In this document: positions 48,375 through 60,315 of the stretch, in pieces
Layout of the letters: every line of letters begins with the position of its first letter
How positions within the stretch are numbered: position 1 is the stretch's first letter
Assembly (NCBI GenBank): GCA_032718475.1
Contig: JAUCBJ010003673.1
Location: forward strand, 1 to 64,000
Direction of reading: 5' to 3'
From: Nemertoderma westbladi
Lineage: Eukaryota > Animalia > Xenacoelomorpha
Length of the DNA stretch: 64,000 bases
Position numbers and translations under genes: made by a program
Notes under the pieces: generated by a model
The model's database searches: none
Told to the model about the DNA's origin: nothing
What the model saw: the letters and a program-made list of their open reading frames with translations, nothing else

Positions 48375-49300
48375 TCCTTAGATCATCATAATGATGATGG
48401 GGTGATGATAACTCCACCTACTGGCTCCAGAAGTCGAGGAAATAATGCCAAGTACCTATCTGATCTAGACTTTGCTGATGACTTAGGAGTACTCTCAGAA
48501 TCATTAGAGGGAGCCCAACGGCTCCTCAGCTCATTAGAACATGCTGCTTCTAGTGTTGGTCTTTTTATTAACTCCAGAAAGACCAAAATTTTGACAGTTA
48601 ACTTTGAAATTCCTCAGCAAGTCTCTGATCGGATGAGCATAAGCTCAAAGGATGGTATGCTTGAGCATGTGGACGACTTCTGTTACCTGGGATCATGGCT
48701 CCGGAAGTCAGGTGAGGACCTTCGAATACGTAAGGGAAAGGCATGGGCAGCCTTGAATAGGATTTCCAGGATTTGGAAGTCACCGAGAATTAATCGGAAA
48801 CTTAAGGTCCGATTATTTAGAGCAGCAGTAGTTCCAGTACTCCTCTACGGGAGTCCATGCTGGGCTCTAACTGCTGAGGACACCAAATCTCTGGATGGCA
48901 CATTCACAAGAATGCTACGCCGGGTTCATTGTGTCAAGTACAATGCACACATCTCCAACCAGACACTATATAACATTGGAGGTGTCTCATTGGTTCCCCC
49001 AAGCTTGACACTAGAACAAAATCGCCTCCGCTTTGCAGGACATTGCTTTCGCCGTGAGGACCAGCCAGTGCATAATCTTGTACTTTGGCAGCCTCATGGA
49101 GTGAATAAGCATGGTGGACAGCCCATGACTTTCTTGAGACGCATCTTAAAGGACACTGGCCTTGAAGATGCGGATGATCTAGCAAATGTCATGGGTGATA
49201 GGGAGTTGTGGCGGTGCAATTTTGTTGACAAGCCGGCACAGCATTCTTAAAAATGCAGCTGCAATGCAGCATGCCGATCCTAGTAGTAGTAGTAGTAGTA
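48375..49300 (+). mobile_element. RTE-like LINE B, RT C-terminus and (TAG)n tail
   Basis: LDFADD, GLFINSRKTK, FCYLGS, VLLYGSPCW and RLRFAGHCFR, stop at 49250, (TAG)n tail at 49281-49300, and TSD GTAGCTGG at 49301-49308. Confidence 0.9.
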
Positions 49301-50716
49301 GTAGCTGGGCGGCTAAGGAAACAATTTCTTTTTATAAGAGGTTTTCAACACCCGTGTTTGGGAGTTTTCTAGACTTAACTAAGGCCTTCGATATGATCGA
49401 ATGGAAGTCTTTATTTAAGAAGGGGTTTTCACCGTTATTTCTTAGGGTTCTTATTTGGATGTATAAAGGTCAATCATGCTGTGTAAGATGGGGATCAGCT
49501 TTTTCAAATTCTTTTAGTATTTCTAATGGTGTTAAGCAGGGTGCGATCTCATCACCTATTCTATTTTGTCTGGTAATTAACAAATTAATAACCCGTTTAC
49601 GGGAAAGTAATTTGGGATGCCATATAGGTCTACGGTTTTTAGGTTGTTTTGTTTACGCCGATGATATTTTATTATTATGCCCATCCATTTTAGGATTACA
49701 GCGCATGCTTTCTATTTGTGTTCAAATTTAATATGAGTTTTACAGTAGTACTAACGTAGATCCAGGTAAAAGTAAATCTAAATGTGTTCCATTTGGTTTT
49801 AAGTTTAACCCCCCTTCCGTTATGATTTCATTAAACGAAGTTGTTTTGCCGTGGTGAAAGAGGCAATGCATCTCGGTTATTCATTTGATTTTTCGTGTTT
49901 ATTTAATACTGATATTAATTGTAAACGTGCTAAATTTATAGGTAAATTAATTTCACTATCTCAGGAATTTATTTCTCCCATCCCAATAGTATTTTACAAA
50001 TTCAGCGAATTTACGCAACTACTTTCTACGGTAGTAATCTCTGGAACCTTTTTGGTGATATTTTTACTAAATTAATTACAAGTTGGAATATTAACGTTCG
50101 TTTAGTATGTGCTTTACCGTACAACACACATAGATATTTCATCGAAGGTTTATTCGATTTTCCTTATCCACATTCAATGTTATGCTCACGTTTTATTAAA
50201 TTTGCCAGTACAGTTTTGTATTCAGACAAACCCACTATAAGATTTCTAGCCAATATTACCTTGTTTGATTGTAGATCCACTAGCGGATATAATATTAAGA
50301 ATATTTCGAATAAATGTAAAGTACCTATCTCTAAGCTTTTTCCTAAATTATGTAACGATATTCGATGGTTTGTAAAGGATTACCATTTTTCGTATATTAA
50401 TATGTGTAGATAATTAATTGACTGTAAACATTCGATCCTTCAGGTACCTGGTTTTAATGTAAATGAGCTAACTGAAATATTGAATTATATTTGTTCTAGT
50501 TAGTGTGTTGTGTAATAATATTTTTTTTTCTTTGCAATTATTTATTCATATTGTTTATTAATACGTATTACATTACTTGTGTTTATTACATTCACGTACG
50601 TTTTTCATTATTAATCGCTGTATTGTGCTTTATTATTATCTCTAAATTTGTTACTTATGCTGTGCTAATGTGTAATTTACATCTATTATGCACGAAATTA
50701 TCGTTAAATAAATAAA
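49301..50716 (+). mobile_element. LINE A, 3' portion (decayed RT and 3' UTR)
   Basis: SWAAKET...FLDLTKAFD, NGVKQGAISSPILF and YADDILLL, then frameshifts and stops; ends in TAAATAAATAAA. Confidence 0.88.
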
Positions 50717-50869
50717 ACATAAATGGTTTAGTATGATACCCGTGAAGTTCGCCAAGATTTTAATGACCATTTTTTTAGTGAACAAGGAGTTGTCATTGTG
50801 ATACAAAAAAGTGAAGTAGGCTTATTATTTATTATATGGGAAAAAAGTAGAACTTTTTTTCACTATTCT

Positions 50870-51030
50870 CAAGGTATTTTATTTACCGGGCGTCAGCGAG
50901 GTTAATAAAGAGTCAAGAGAATATTAAATAAAAATGTTCTACATTTCTTTCCCATGTAATACGTAATATTATTCATAAATTGGTACAGTACTGTACTGTT
51001 TTGTTGCTCAATTCCTTAATAAAAGATAGA
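50870..51030 (-). mobile_element. Dispersed repeat fragment (family shared with 20345-20495)
   Basis: Reverse-complement similarity including CCTCGCTGACGC(C/T)CGGTAAATAAAAT. Confidence 0.55.
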
Positions 51031-52570
51031 GCGATCTACAGTAGTGTAACAAGCATTTAACAAGTCAAATCAAACAAGTATTTCATTCCAAAATTGTAAC
51101 ATTACTCAACGCCGTTAGTATTAAGAGCGAGTTGTTAATTAGCACTTTACAACTTTAGAGGATATTACAGAGGCTCATTGTATTGGCCTGTACATGTAGT
51201 ATTGTAGAGGGTGTTGTAATGCCCCTTGTTTATGTGGTAACCAATGACGGCGAGCTGTAAAGTTGCGGCGTCATTGGTTACCACGTAAACATTAGGTGGA
51301 AATTTGCCTGACAGCCAGATAGGCCTACTGCAAAAAACCTACCGGTAGGCGGGGTATAGCTATTAATAACCAGTAGGGCCTAGCTATATTATTATAACAT
51401 GGCTCCAAACGCCACCATAAATATAAGCTAACTTATTTATAGCATAATTTAATTCATTTTTACAATTATTTATACAGCAACTAATTTAATTTGTGCAGTT
51501 TCTATCATTTATAATATATCTACAATCATTTCGTAATGTTACAATTTTGGAATAAAACTACATACATACTTGTTGCAAAGTACTTTACAGTGTTCTAATC
51601 CTCGTGGCTTTATTTTCACTCACTCACTAACGCTCGATCGTGTAACAAAGCCACTCGGATCATCACACTGTAAAGTGCTACTTTACACACAAGTATGTAA
51701 ATAGTTATTACGATTCAGATATTATAAAGTTGCTACGCAACCAGAGCATATCATTGGCTAATGTCCGAATGCTTTGATATTAAATTGCTTGTTTGCCCAA
51801 AGCGGTAATTGTGTGCGATAAGAAGGGTTCTAGAATTTGAGTAATAACGTAGGGCCTATGTATTTGTCCGTTTTATTATCTAGTTTAACTGACACCTTTC
51901 TTAGAATTTGGTATACTTTAGCCTTGCTAACATTAACCTCCCGTGACTAATTGAAATTGCCCGTAGCATAGAAACGTAGTGCAGTTAGGTCGCGGGGTCC
52001 AGATCGCTCTCTAACTTTGCACTGATCGACAAAATTGCTCAGCGGTTAAATGGAAACCTCTGGTACAGTACAAAACGTCGTCGTTTCATACTGTAGATTT
52101 TATTGATTAATAATATTCCGAAAAACGCGCGCTCTCTTTCCGAGTCGCCTTACTGACTCCATCCGACGCCACATTCTAAGATCCGTTACTGTACGCCCAG
52201 GAGGATTAATACGAATTCTAATGGACGCCTCTGTTTAATTACTTCAAAATTTACGATAACGTAAGCATTCTTAAACTCTACGACAACTTTATGAAACCGC
52301 GCCATTAAATTTAATATGTTATATTTTCAAGCACTACTGTAGTTTTAAATATATGGTCAGCTATTGTAATGGAAAAAATATTGGTTTGGGCAACCTTGCT
52401 TCTCATTGGTTGTGAAGAGGGGGCTTTGGTGCCTCCCATTGGTTGAAACTGGCATTTGGCAGCCCCATTGGTTATGACCGGTCTGTGTGCTTATGGCTTA
52501 CTTTTTATATTTAATGGGTTAGAGGGTCGCTTTATGGCTTAGACCTACTTTTTTTATGTGAAAGGGTCAT

Positions 52571-53539
52571 TCATTGCAATCCCAAACATGTGCGTTTTTT
52601 ATCACGTTCGTTAGAAATGTTCGTTTTGGATTGTTTTTTAATGGCGCGGCCCTGGTTCTTAGGGGAGGCGCTCCTACTGGAACTGCGAACGTCTTCGTTA
52701 TCTCGATCGTCCACCAACCAGACATGGTCCCGAATATCCGCTATCGAGACTCGCAGGTCTACCGATGGCCTCAGTATCCGTCGGATTAATTGTTTCACCT
52801 CGGCCGACAAATCGACCTGTGGCGAGAAACGGATTGAATCGTTAACCTGTTTGCGTAATATCGCCTTTGCGGTGGCTGTTGCATCGTACGGCATCGTGCC
52901 GTGGACGACCACATAGAGTACGACACCGCAGGACCACGCATCGGCAGCCACTGGGTCGTAAGGTTTCCCAGACAACACTTCCGGTGCAGCGTATGCGCAG
53001 GACCCACAGAAAGTAAAACATTTATCGCCATCCCGAAACGCCTTCGCGAAACCAAAATCTGTTAGTTTCACGGTGTTTTCTGGTCCATTTAGTAGGATAT
53101 TTTCACATTTTACGTCTCTGTGGCAGATATTCTGTTTGTGAAGGTATTGCACGGCCTCAATTAATTGACTGAATAACCTTTTTGCGAGTTTTTCATCCGC
53201 TCTTTTTACACGCTTTATATATTCCAATAAATCTCCGTTATTAGCTAATTCCATAATCACGTAAACTTTGAAATTTAATCGGAAATGCTCTAAAGTCTCT
53301 ATTATGTTAACGTGTTTCACCGTTTTCACCAATTCAAGTTCCCTTGGAAGGAACTTTGTCTTGTACGATATGGATGCCTTCTTGGTGTCTATGATTTTTA
53401 TCGCCACTTTCATATCTGTGTTCTTTTGTTTCCCCTCTCGAACTTTAGCGTACGTCCCGATTCCCAATGTGGCCGGTAGGAGCGTGTAGCCTTTCTCTTC
53501 CAACGCCTTACAGTCCGGCTTCCCTACATCCGCCATCAT
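52571..53539 (-). CDS. Testis-specific serine/threonine kinase-like (TSSK family, CAMK group)
   Basis: LGIGTYAKV, VAIKIID, KFLPREL, HRDVKCENILL, DFGFAK and TFCGSCAYAAPEVL. Confidence 0.9.
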   Translation of the reverse strand: MMADVGKPDCKALEEKGYTLLPATLGIGTYAKVREGKQKNTDMKVAIKIIDTKKASISYKTKFLPRELELVKTVKHVNIIETLEHFRLNFKVYVIMELANNGDLLEYIKRVKRADEKLAKRLFSQLIEAVQYLHKQNICHRDVKCENILLNGPENTVKLTDFGFAKAFRDGDKCFTFCGSCAYAAPEVLSGKPYDPVAADAWSCGVVLYVVVHGTMPYDATATAKAILRKQVNDSIRFSPQVDLSAEVKQLIRRILRPSVDLRVSIADIRDHVWLVDDRDNEDVRSSSRSASPKNQGRAIKKQSKTNISNERDKKRTCLGLQ

Positions 53540-54635
53540 TAACTACTTATAATCTGATATTTCGTCTCCCATTGGATATTTCGGCTCCTCACAAGCAAAA
53601 GCATAATTATTAAACTGAAATAAGTATTTGTGGCGGTTCAAGTGGATAATAAACCCTTTGGACCACAAAATAATTACTTGTATCTTGCAAGAGTTGGATT
53701 TTACAATTTAAGAAATACGAAACGTGGTTTTTTACTAAAGACAAACTAAATTCCTATTTGAGCCGCGATATTTATCTTAATTACTAAAAAAACCTAAAAT
53801 ACATACATATTGTACTTAGCTACTTAAAATGTACGTGGTGCATTATTATAAATCCTTGGTTACGCTGAAACTATTCCAGAATTATTATCAAGGGATCAAA
53901 GAGAAAGAATTGCGTTTTGTTGGTACAATTACCTGATCCGATGTATTAGGCTGGCCACGCAATGCAAATTTAGTCGCGACGGCTTATTTTATCGACATGT
54001 TGCAGGCCTCATCCTACTAAATTCGATAAGTAAATCGTAATATTCCTAAAATATGTTGGCCTTCACGCATAATTCTGGGTAAGTTTATAAAAACGCGATC
54101 AAGGGAAAAATTTCTGAATTTTGAAACAATTCTTTATTGCTCAAGGATAAACTGTTGTGGTTAATTTCGATGCACTGATTCCAAATATAATATTTAACGT
54201 TAACAAGTATTGGTCGCTGCTCCAACATTGACCGCTGGACGCAATAATAGGGGAGATGAAGGAGCGTTGGATTTCCTGGTGTTTCGTTTTCACCTCCAAC
54301 GATATCTTTATTTTATATCAATGTCTGTCTTCCACATTATTATAATAATTTATAATGAATATAATAATTCACTTTATTACATAACACCATATTCCAGGAC
54401 ATGGTCTAGAATTATTTCCCACTAAATTGCATAAAGTTTTAAGTCATAAGTAACCGACAATGAATTGCACTATAAACTGTAAGTTAATAGAGATAAGTTT
54501 TTATAAAACTGCTTAAGAAAACTAAATTAACTTTCTTTTTCCTACATCCCCGAACTAAACATGATGTTTGTTATCAATCAGAAGCATTTATTAATAATAT
54601 AAGCCAATTCCTTTAACAGATAACGGATGTAACGG

Positions 54636-56324
54636 CTACATGATGTTACAAGGTTCCTCTCGGGGTTTCTTTGCCCCGAGAGCATCGTCGTGTTCGTTTT
54701 CTTCCTCGAAGACGACGCACAGACTCCGGGTAGCAACCTCGGTTCCGCTCCCGTCCTGCAACGCAACATCAACGGAATCGGCGACGCCCCAGTTGGCTGC
54801 GTGTTTCCAGACTATGTCGCCAGGAGGAGCGTGAACCGCCCCACTCACATCGCAACCCCAGACCCTCACGGAACATCCGCCGCCTAGAACGACCTTGGAA
54901 GGGAACTTGTAGACGATATCTGGTCTCCCGGGAATGCTTCGTTTAATCTTATAGCCACCGAGGCTGCGATCGTCTGAAGAATCGTTGCTGATAGCGACGT
55001 AATGGCCCTGAGAGTGAACCTCGGATATACTGAGGGACCCAGAGGCCTCAGCTGTTTGCTCGAGGCGCGATCTGCGAGCGGCTCTCTTCCGCGATCGGCG
55101 TCCCGCCGAAGTAAAGGACCGCGGCTGGCGTGCCGGCGACGGCGTTATATTCAATCTGTGCTCTTCGCTCTCCAACAGCTTCCTGTAGGCGACCAACTCG
55201 GTGTCCAACCCCATCTTAATATCCAACAACTCCTGATACTCCATAAACTGACTGTGAAGTTCTTCCTTTAAGCTGCGGACCTCCGCCTCCCAGACAGGCA
55301 AGGCTTTCTGGTAACGGTTCCGTTCCTCCTCAACCTCCTTCATTAAGGTTCGAACTCGGCCCTCGTAATCGACATTCTGACTCTTCAACGTGCTGATCTG
55401 ACATGACAAACTATCCATCCTTTTCTTCGTATCTATCAGCTCATCGCGAACCACAGCCATTTCCTTAAACTTCTTGTTGTGACTATCTTCCATGTCTTTG
55501 ATTCTCTGTAAGAAACTCTCTTCGGTATCCCTTCTGTAATTCATGATAGCTTCTTCCTGTTGTTCTCTCATCTCCTGCAATGCCTCAGATAACTGAGACT
55601 CGAATTCGGCTTTGACTTCCCCCTCTACCTCTTCGATTTCTATGGATCTCTGACGTCGCGATTCCTGCAGACGTTTCTCGTACATCCCAACTCTAAAAGT
55701 GTAATCTTCTTTGAGACTCTTCAATTGATTCTCGAAGTCAACTCGTAAGAATGTTTCCTCCTCCAGCTGAGCCTTGGCAGAGGCCACTTGATTCTGAATC
55801 ATCGCCAATTCTTCCTTAAGTCTGTCGCGCTCTCTGACAGCAGCCTCCAAAGATTTCTCGCGATCGGGCAACAACTTCTCCAGTACATTAAGACGTTTCT
55901 CGGCGGATAAGAACTCGCGCTCTTTCTTATTAAAACGAACCCTGTAGTCGTCTGCTTCGGCTTTCCATTTACTTGCGTCAATCTGAAGTTTCGACTTCTC
56001 TCGGGCCACGTTATCTATCATTTGACGAGCTGCTTTAAGCTCTGACTCGTACGAGGTTCGCAATTCAGTTGATTCGGTGAGAGAAACTTCCTCGAACGAC
56101 GAAATTCGTGCCGTCAGTTGACGATTTTCATTCTCTAAATGCCGCATACGGTCAATGTAAACAGCTAATCGATCGTTGAGTTGTCCCAATTCCTCTTTCT
56201 CGTTGTACCGAGATATTCTGGTCGGACTCAGTGGAGAGGAACGAGTTGTTTGTACTTCGCTTCGCTTTTCCGAACGAGATGATCGCGATCGCGATACGTG
56301 TTGTAGTGGAGTTGCCTGAGACAT
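54636..56324 (-). CDS. B-type nuclear lamin, single-exon ORF
   Basis: CDK1 site SPLSPTRISR, EKEELGQLNDRLAVYIDR, YRKLLESEE, basic NLS RRSRKR, lamin tail Ig-fold (YKFPSK, VRVWG) and terminal CaaX CNIM. Confidence 0.96.
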   Translation of the reverse strand: MSQATPLQHVSRSRSSRSEKRSEVQTTRSSPLSPTRISRYNEKEELGQLNDRLAVYIDRMRHLENENRQLTARISSFEEVSLTESTELRTSYESELKAARQMIDNVAREKSKLQIDASKWKAEADDYRVRFNKKEREFLSAEKRLNVLEKLLPDREKSLEAAVRERDRLKEELAMIQNQVASAKAQLEEETFLRVDFENQLKSLKEDYTFRVGMYEKRLQESRRQRSIEIEEVEGEVKAEFESQLSEALQEMREQQEEAIMNYRRDTEESFLQRIKDMEDSHNKKFKEMAVVRDELIDTKKRMDSLSCQISTLKSQNVDYEGRVRTLMKEVEEERNRYQKALPVWEAEVRSLKEELHSQFMEYQELLDIKMGLDTELVAYRKLLESEEHRLNITPSPARQPRSFTSAGRRSRKRAARRSRLEQTAEASGSLSISEVHSQGHYVAISNDSSDDRSLGGYKIKRSIPGRPDIVYKFPSKVVLGGGCSVRVWGCDVSGAVHAPPGDIVWKHAANWGVADSVDVALQDGSGTEVATRSLCVVFEEENEHDDALGAKKPREEPCNIM

Positions 56325-57729
56325 ACTGGTGGGTGGAGTTGTTCTGTACTTTATATAATTCAGACTTGGACCAATTCACTATTTGACTTATATCTGTATA
56401 TTACAGTATTATATGCTCTACAACTCTGCAATTGTAAGTACGTGTTAGGCTGTTAGGTGTTAAGTGCTACACCATACAGCCATAGGAGGTAGAATAAAAC
56501 GTCTGTCCTTATCTGATCTGATCTGATCTGACAGCATCTGATTCTATAACCAATCAGGAGAAAGAGATATAATATTTACCTAACTGTCTGTTAGGTAAAT
56601 AGCCAATAGTTGAATAGGGGATCACGTTTCAGGTTGCCTGTTACGTATCAGTATCATCATATGAAGTAGCAGTACAGGCATATCGGTATGCATCTAAATT
56701 CACAAAGGCATGTTATTATATATTAAAAATGCGATATACAGTAGGATGAAGGATGGTGGGTATGAAAGTTGTGTGATTGTCCCAGCAAGATGGATAGTTT
56801 CAGATGTAAACAACTTTTGTAGATTTAGTCTGTTAGTTGGTGTTGAAACATTAAACTTTTATTAAAAACAATACAGCATTTGCTGCAATATTTTTTTCGT
56901 AAATCTTTCTTATTAAAAACAATACAGCATTTGCTGCAATATTTTTTTCGTAAATCTTTCTTGTTAATAGTTATCATTATTAATAGTTAAAGTTAATTAT
57001 AATTATAATAATTTATAATTAATATTATTAATTAAGTACGGTAATGATACTTATTAATATATTACATTTAAAATATTTATGAAATTTAAGAATTTTATTA
57101 ATTTTACTATTTATTAAAGAATATGGGAAGGTGGATGGGAATGTGGGAATTTATAAACACTTATTACCTTCCAATTGAAGGAAAAGAGCAGGTTACAGCG
57201 GCTGTAATTTCTAACCAAAAATAATAAACGATTTTGTTACCTACCAATTGAGGGAAAGGAGAATATGTTACCGTGGCGGCTTGTTTACACCCACCTTCTT
57301 ACTAACCGTCCGACTGACTGATCAATAGATCATCCCCCTCAAAAAATATAGGACATCGCGCACGTGCATAAAACACTTAATAAAGATAAATTTAATAAAA
57401 ATTATCGACCAATAAAAAATCGACCGAAAAATGAAATCCTGGTATTCTTCACATTGGTGAAGAATACCAGACTTTATGCCGTTATATTTCACTTTGCAGT
57501 TACCCCCATGTAAAGAATACCAGGTTTTCACACCAAAAACACAGGTTACAGAAGGGCTGAATATAACCAAAACAATAAACGAATTAGTATATTTACAGGT
57601 TTTAAGACATAAATAAGCTCTATAATACACTCAATAAAGATAAATTAAAAAATAATTAAAATCTTCAAATATAAAATTCCAATAAAAGTCGACCGAAAAG
57701 TGAAATCCTGGTATTCTTCACATGGGCGG

Positions 57730-59950
57730 TGTTACGGTATATGGCGCTGTACACATTATTAGCCATTGTACAGTATAATATATTGGTTCATTATACAGTA
57801 TAATATATTAGTCCGTTATACTGTACGCAATATTAGTCCGTTATGCAGTATAATATTTTAGATAAGACATAATAGCGAGGTGATATTTAGATAAGGAAAC
57901 TGAAACGCCCATATATTTTGAACTCATCCATTTTGTATAGTACGTAGCCCTACCTACGTAATTTTGTATTAGGATATAAGTAGATAGTTCCAGGGTAGCA
58001 AGTTCAGTTGGACCCTGGATATGTGCTTGCTGTTATTAGCTTCGATAGGGCCAGCATCTAGGGACGCAATCCTAACCATTCAGCAGCCAGAGACATGATC
58101 CATTACCATATATGGTAATAATTCGTGGTTTGGAAGCCCTGAGGTTCACAATCCGGCTTTCTTATTGGACTAACTGTTTCCAGGTTGGTCTAATGCTAGC
58201 GCGGACTGGAGAGCCAATAGGAGAGCGATTGCATCACCCTTATTGCATCACCCTTCTCGGATCACCTATAAATTGGCGGTTTGCCGGTAGAGCTGTATCA
58301 ACCCCCTACTCCTCTACAACACCAACCCCATCTCATTATTCTGTGATAAGTTTAGGAGTACAATTTGTGCGTATTTTCTGCATTTCTACCTTTTGATCAA
58401 TTTTCTTGGAATGATTCGTTAGTGCTATTATTCTTAACTGTGTTTCTCAATCAATCCTATTGATTACTGCTAATTACAACCGGAACTATGATTTCTACCT
58501 CTTTCGTTAATGGTTCTATGTAATTCATTTCGACGCAATAATCCTATGGGATTTCTGAGACTGTCAGACTTGTGATTTGCATGCGCCGCTACGGTAGCCA
58601 TTCAATAAATGGAGGGCTAAGGTGCCAGTAGGCGGTGGGCGCATCGGGGGGTTAGCGACGAAGGGAGTGCGGAGGATTCAAAGGCGGGCAACGCTGGTGG
58701 GGGTCAACGTTGTGGTCGGGCAATTTGAACTGTAGGTAGAGACCGCTCGCTGGTACGGTAACTAGGGGGCTGATGATCCAGGTTTTGTCTCTATTTAGTA
58801 TTAGGGGGACAGGAATTGGGTTAGTTAGGAAGCCTAGATGTACCCGGGAGGGGCCTGCATACCCTACAGTAAATTGCGAATTAGTCAATTGCGAATTATT
58901 ACGTTGCGAATTATATAATTGCGGATTGTATAATTGCAAGTTATGCTATTGTGATCTGTGATTGCTGACGCTGATTGGTGTGTTACTGAAGTGTGCCTAT
59001 GATTACGAATGCTTAGGTAGGCGCCCCTTTCTCTTTGATTGATTTATATTTCTTAGTTACAACAAATAATTACTGATTAGGTCAAAGTAATACGGCATTT
59101 TAGGCTATTACTAGCGAAACCTGTTGTGTAATAAATTAGAATTACGCATTCTGGAACTCTTAGTAATTAGTGCGCTGTTACATATTTGTGACTGTAATTG
59201 ATTAGTAAAATTAAGAATTAGTACGCAGCATAGCGGAGAGTAGCTAAGGTAATAATTTAGAGTACCGTAAACTATTCACGCTGAGCGGTTATTTGCATTA
59301 GCGGGCAATAAGCTAGATCGCAGTAGTCAGTACGCAAGACACTAGTAGTTTGCTGGCCTAAAGCCAGCTGCAGGCAAGTTTAGACCCAGAGCGGTATTAC
59401 CCACGAAAGACAGTGTACTGTACCAATTTTTTGATTATTTTAAATATTCTCGCATTCACACATTCCGTTAGGGAACCCCCAGTATTCGCGATTAGTAAGG
59501 ACGTAGGCAATAGCGTGCTTCAATAGTGATAAAATTAGGCGTAAGAATACTCTGAGTGTAAAGCCTCTCGCACTCGTCTTAAGTAAGCTTAGGGAGCCGA
59601 CTCGGGTTTATTGTTTTGGTTATTCCCGCGTGGCTCATAGATTCGAACAGTTAGCTCTCTATCGAGCGATCGGTAGAGAAAGGAACAAGCGATTTTGCAG
59701 GAGCCGTGTAAATTTAGTAAAATATATTAGCGGACGGCAGATTAGCGCCATCCAACGGTAAGTAGCGGTTTTGTATTTAGCAGCCTTTACAATTTAGTAA
59801 TAGCACGCTCCTGATCCCCTTTACTTAACAGTAGAGCAGTCTTTGTGTCTTATTGGTTAGGCGAGAACTCATTAGGTTGGCAGAGAAGTATACGGGTATT
59901 TGTCTGTTCAACAGTTCTGCTGTCAGTATAGGGGTCGCGCCAGTTTAACA
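57730..59950. mobile_element. Solo LTR (2221 bp)
   Basis: Termini TGTTA...TAACA, 5-bp TSD GGCGG (57725-57729 and 59951-59955), no long ORF. Confidence 0.8.
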
Positions 59951-60152
59951 GGCGGTATTCTTCACACGGACCGACACCAAAATTTGGCACCAGCCGCTAA
60001 AAACAAATTTAAAATTTCTAGCTTATTTTATTTGAATTCCTTTTAGTTCGTTTCAGTTAGTCTTTTAGTTAGTATCGTTAGTTTCAGAGCGGGAAGTATT
60101 ATATTGACCCCCCCCCCCCGGGTTTAAGGGGAATACCGGGGAAACTTCACAT

Positions 60153-60315
60153 GGTCCAGTACTCATTTAGCTACCATTTAAGGATGCAAGGCAGAGATGC
60201 CTCGCTAAACCCTTCAAAACATTCGTGCCGAAAAGAAAACTACCTTGGCCCCATGCCGGGGTTGAACCCACAACCTCCGAGAGATGTGAATTGAATATAA
60301 CCACTACACCAAGGT
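60153..60315 (-). mobile_element. Truncated tRNA-derived SINE (family of 22135-22432)
   Basis: The reverse complement aligns with 22135-22315, including CTTGGTGTAGTGGTT, TTTCGGCACGAATG and GCCTTGCATCCTT...GGTAGCTAAATGAGTAC. Confidence 0.8.

Noticed and set aside
49186-49731. 181-aa ORF with poly-Ser as a distinct gene
   Set aside because: It is a chimera of the RTE (TAG)n tail and the resumed LINE A RT frame.
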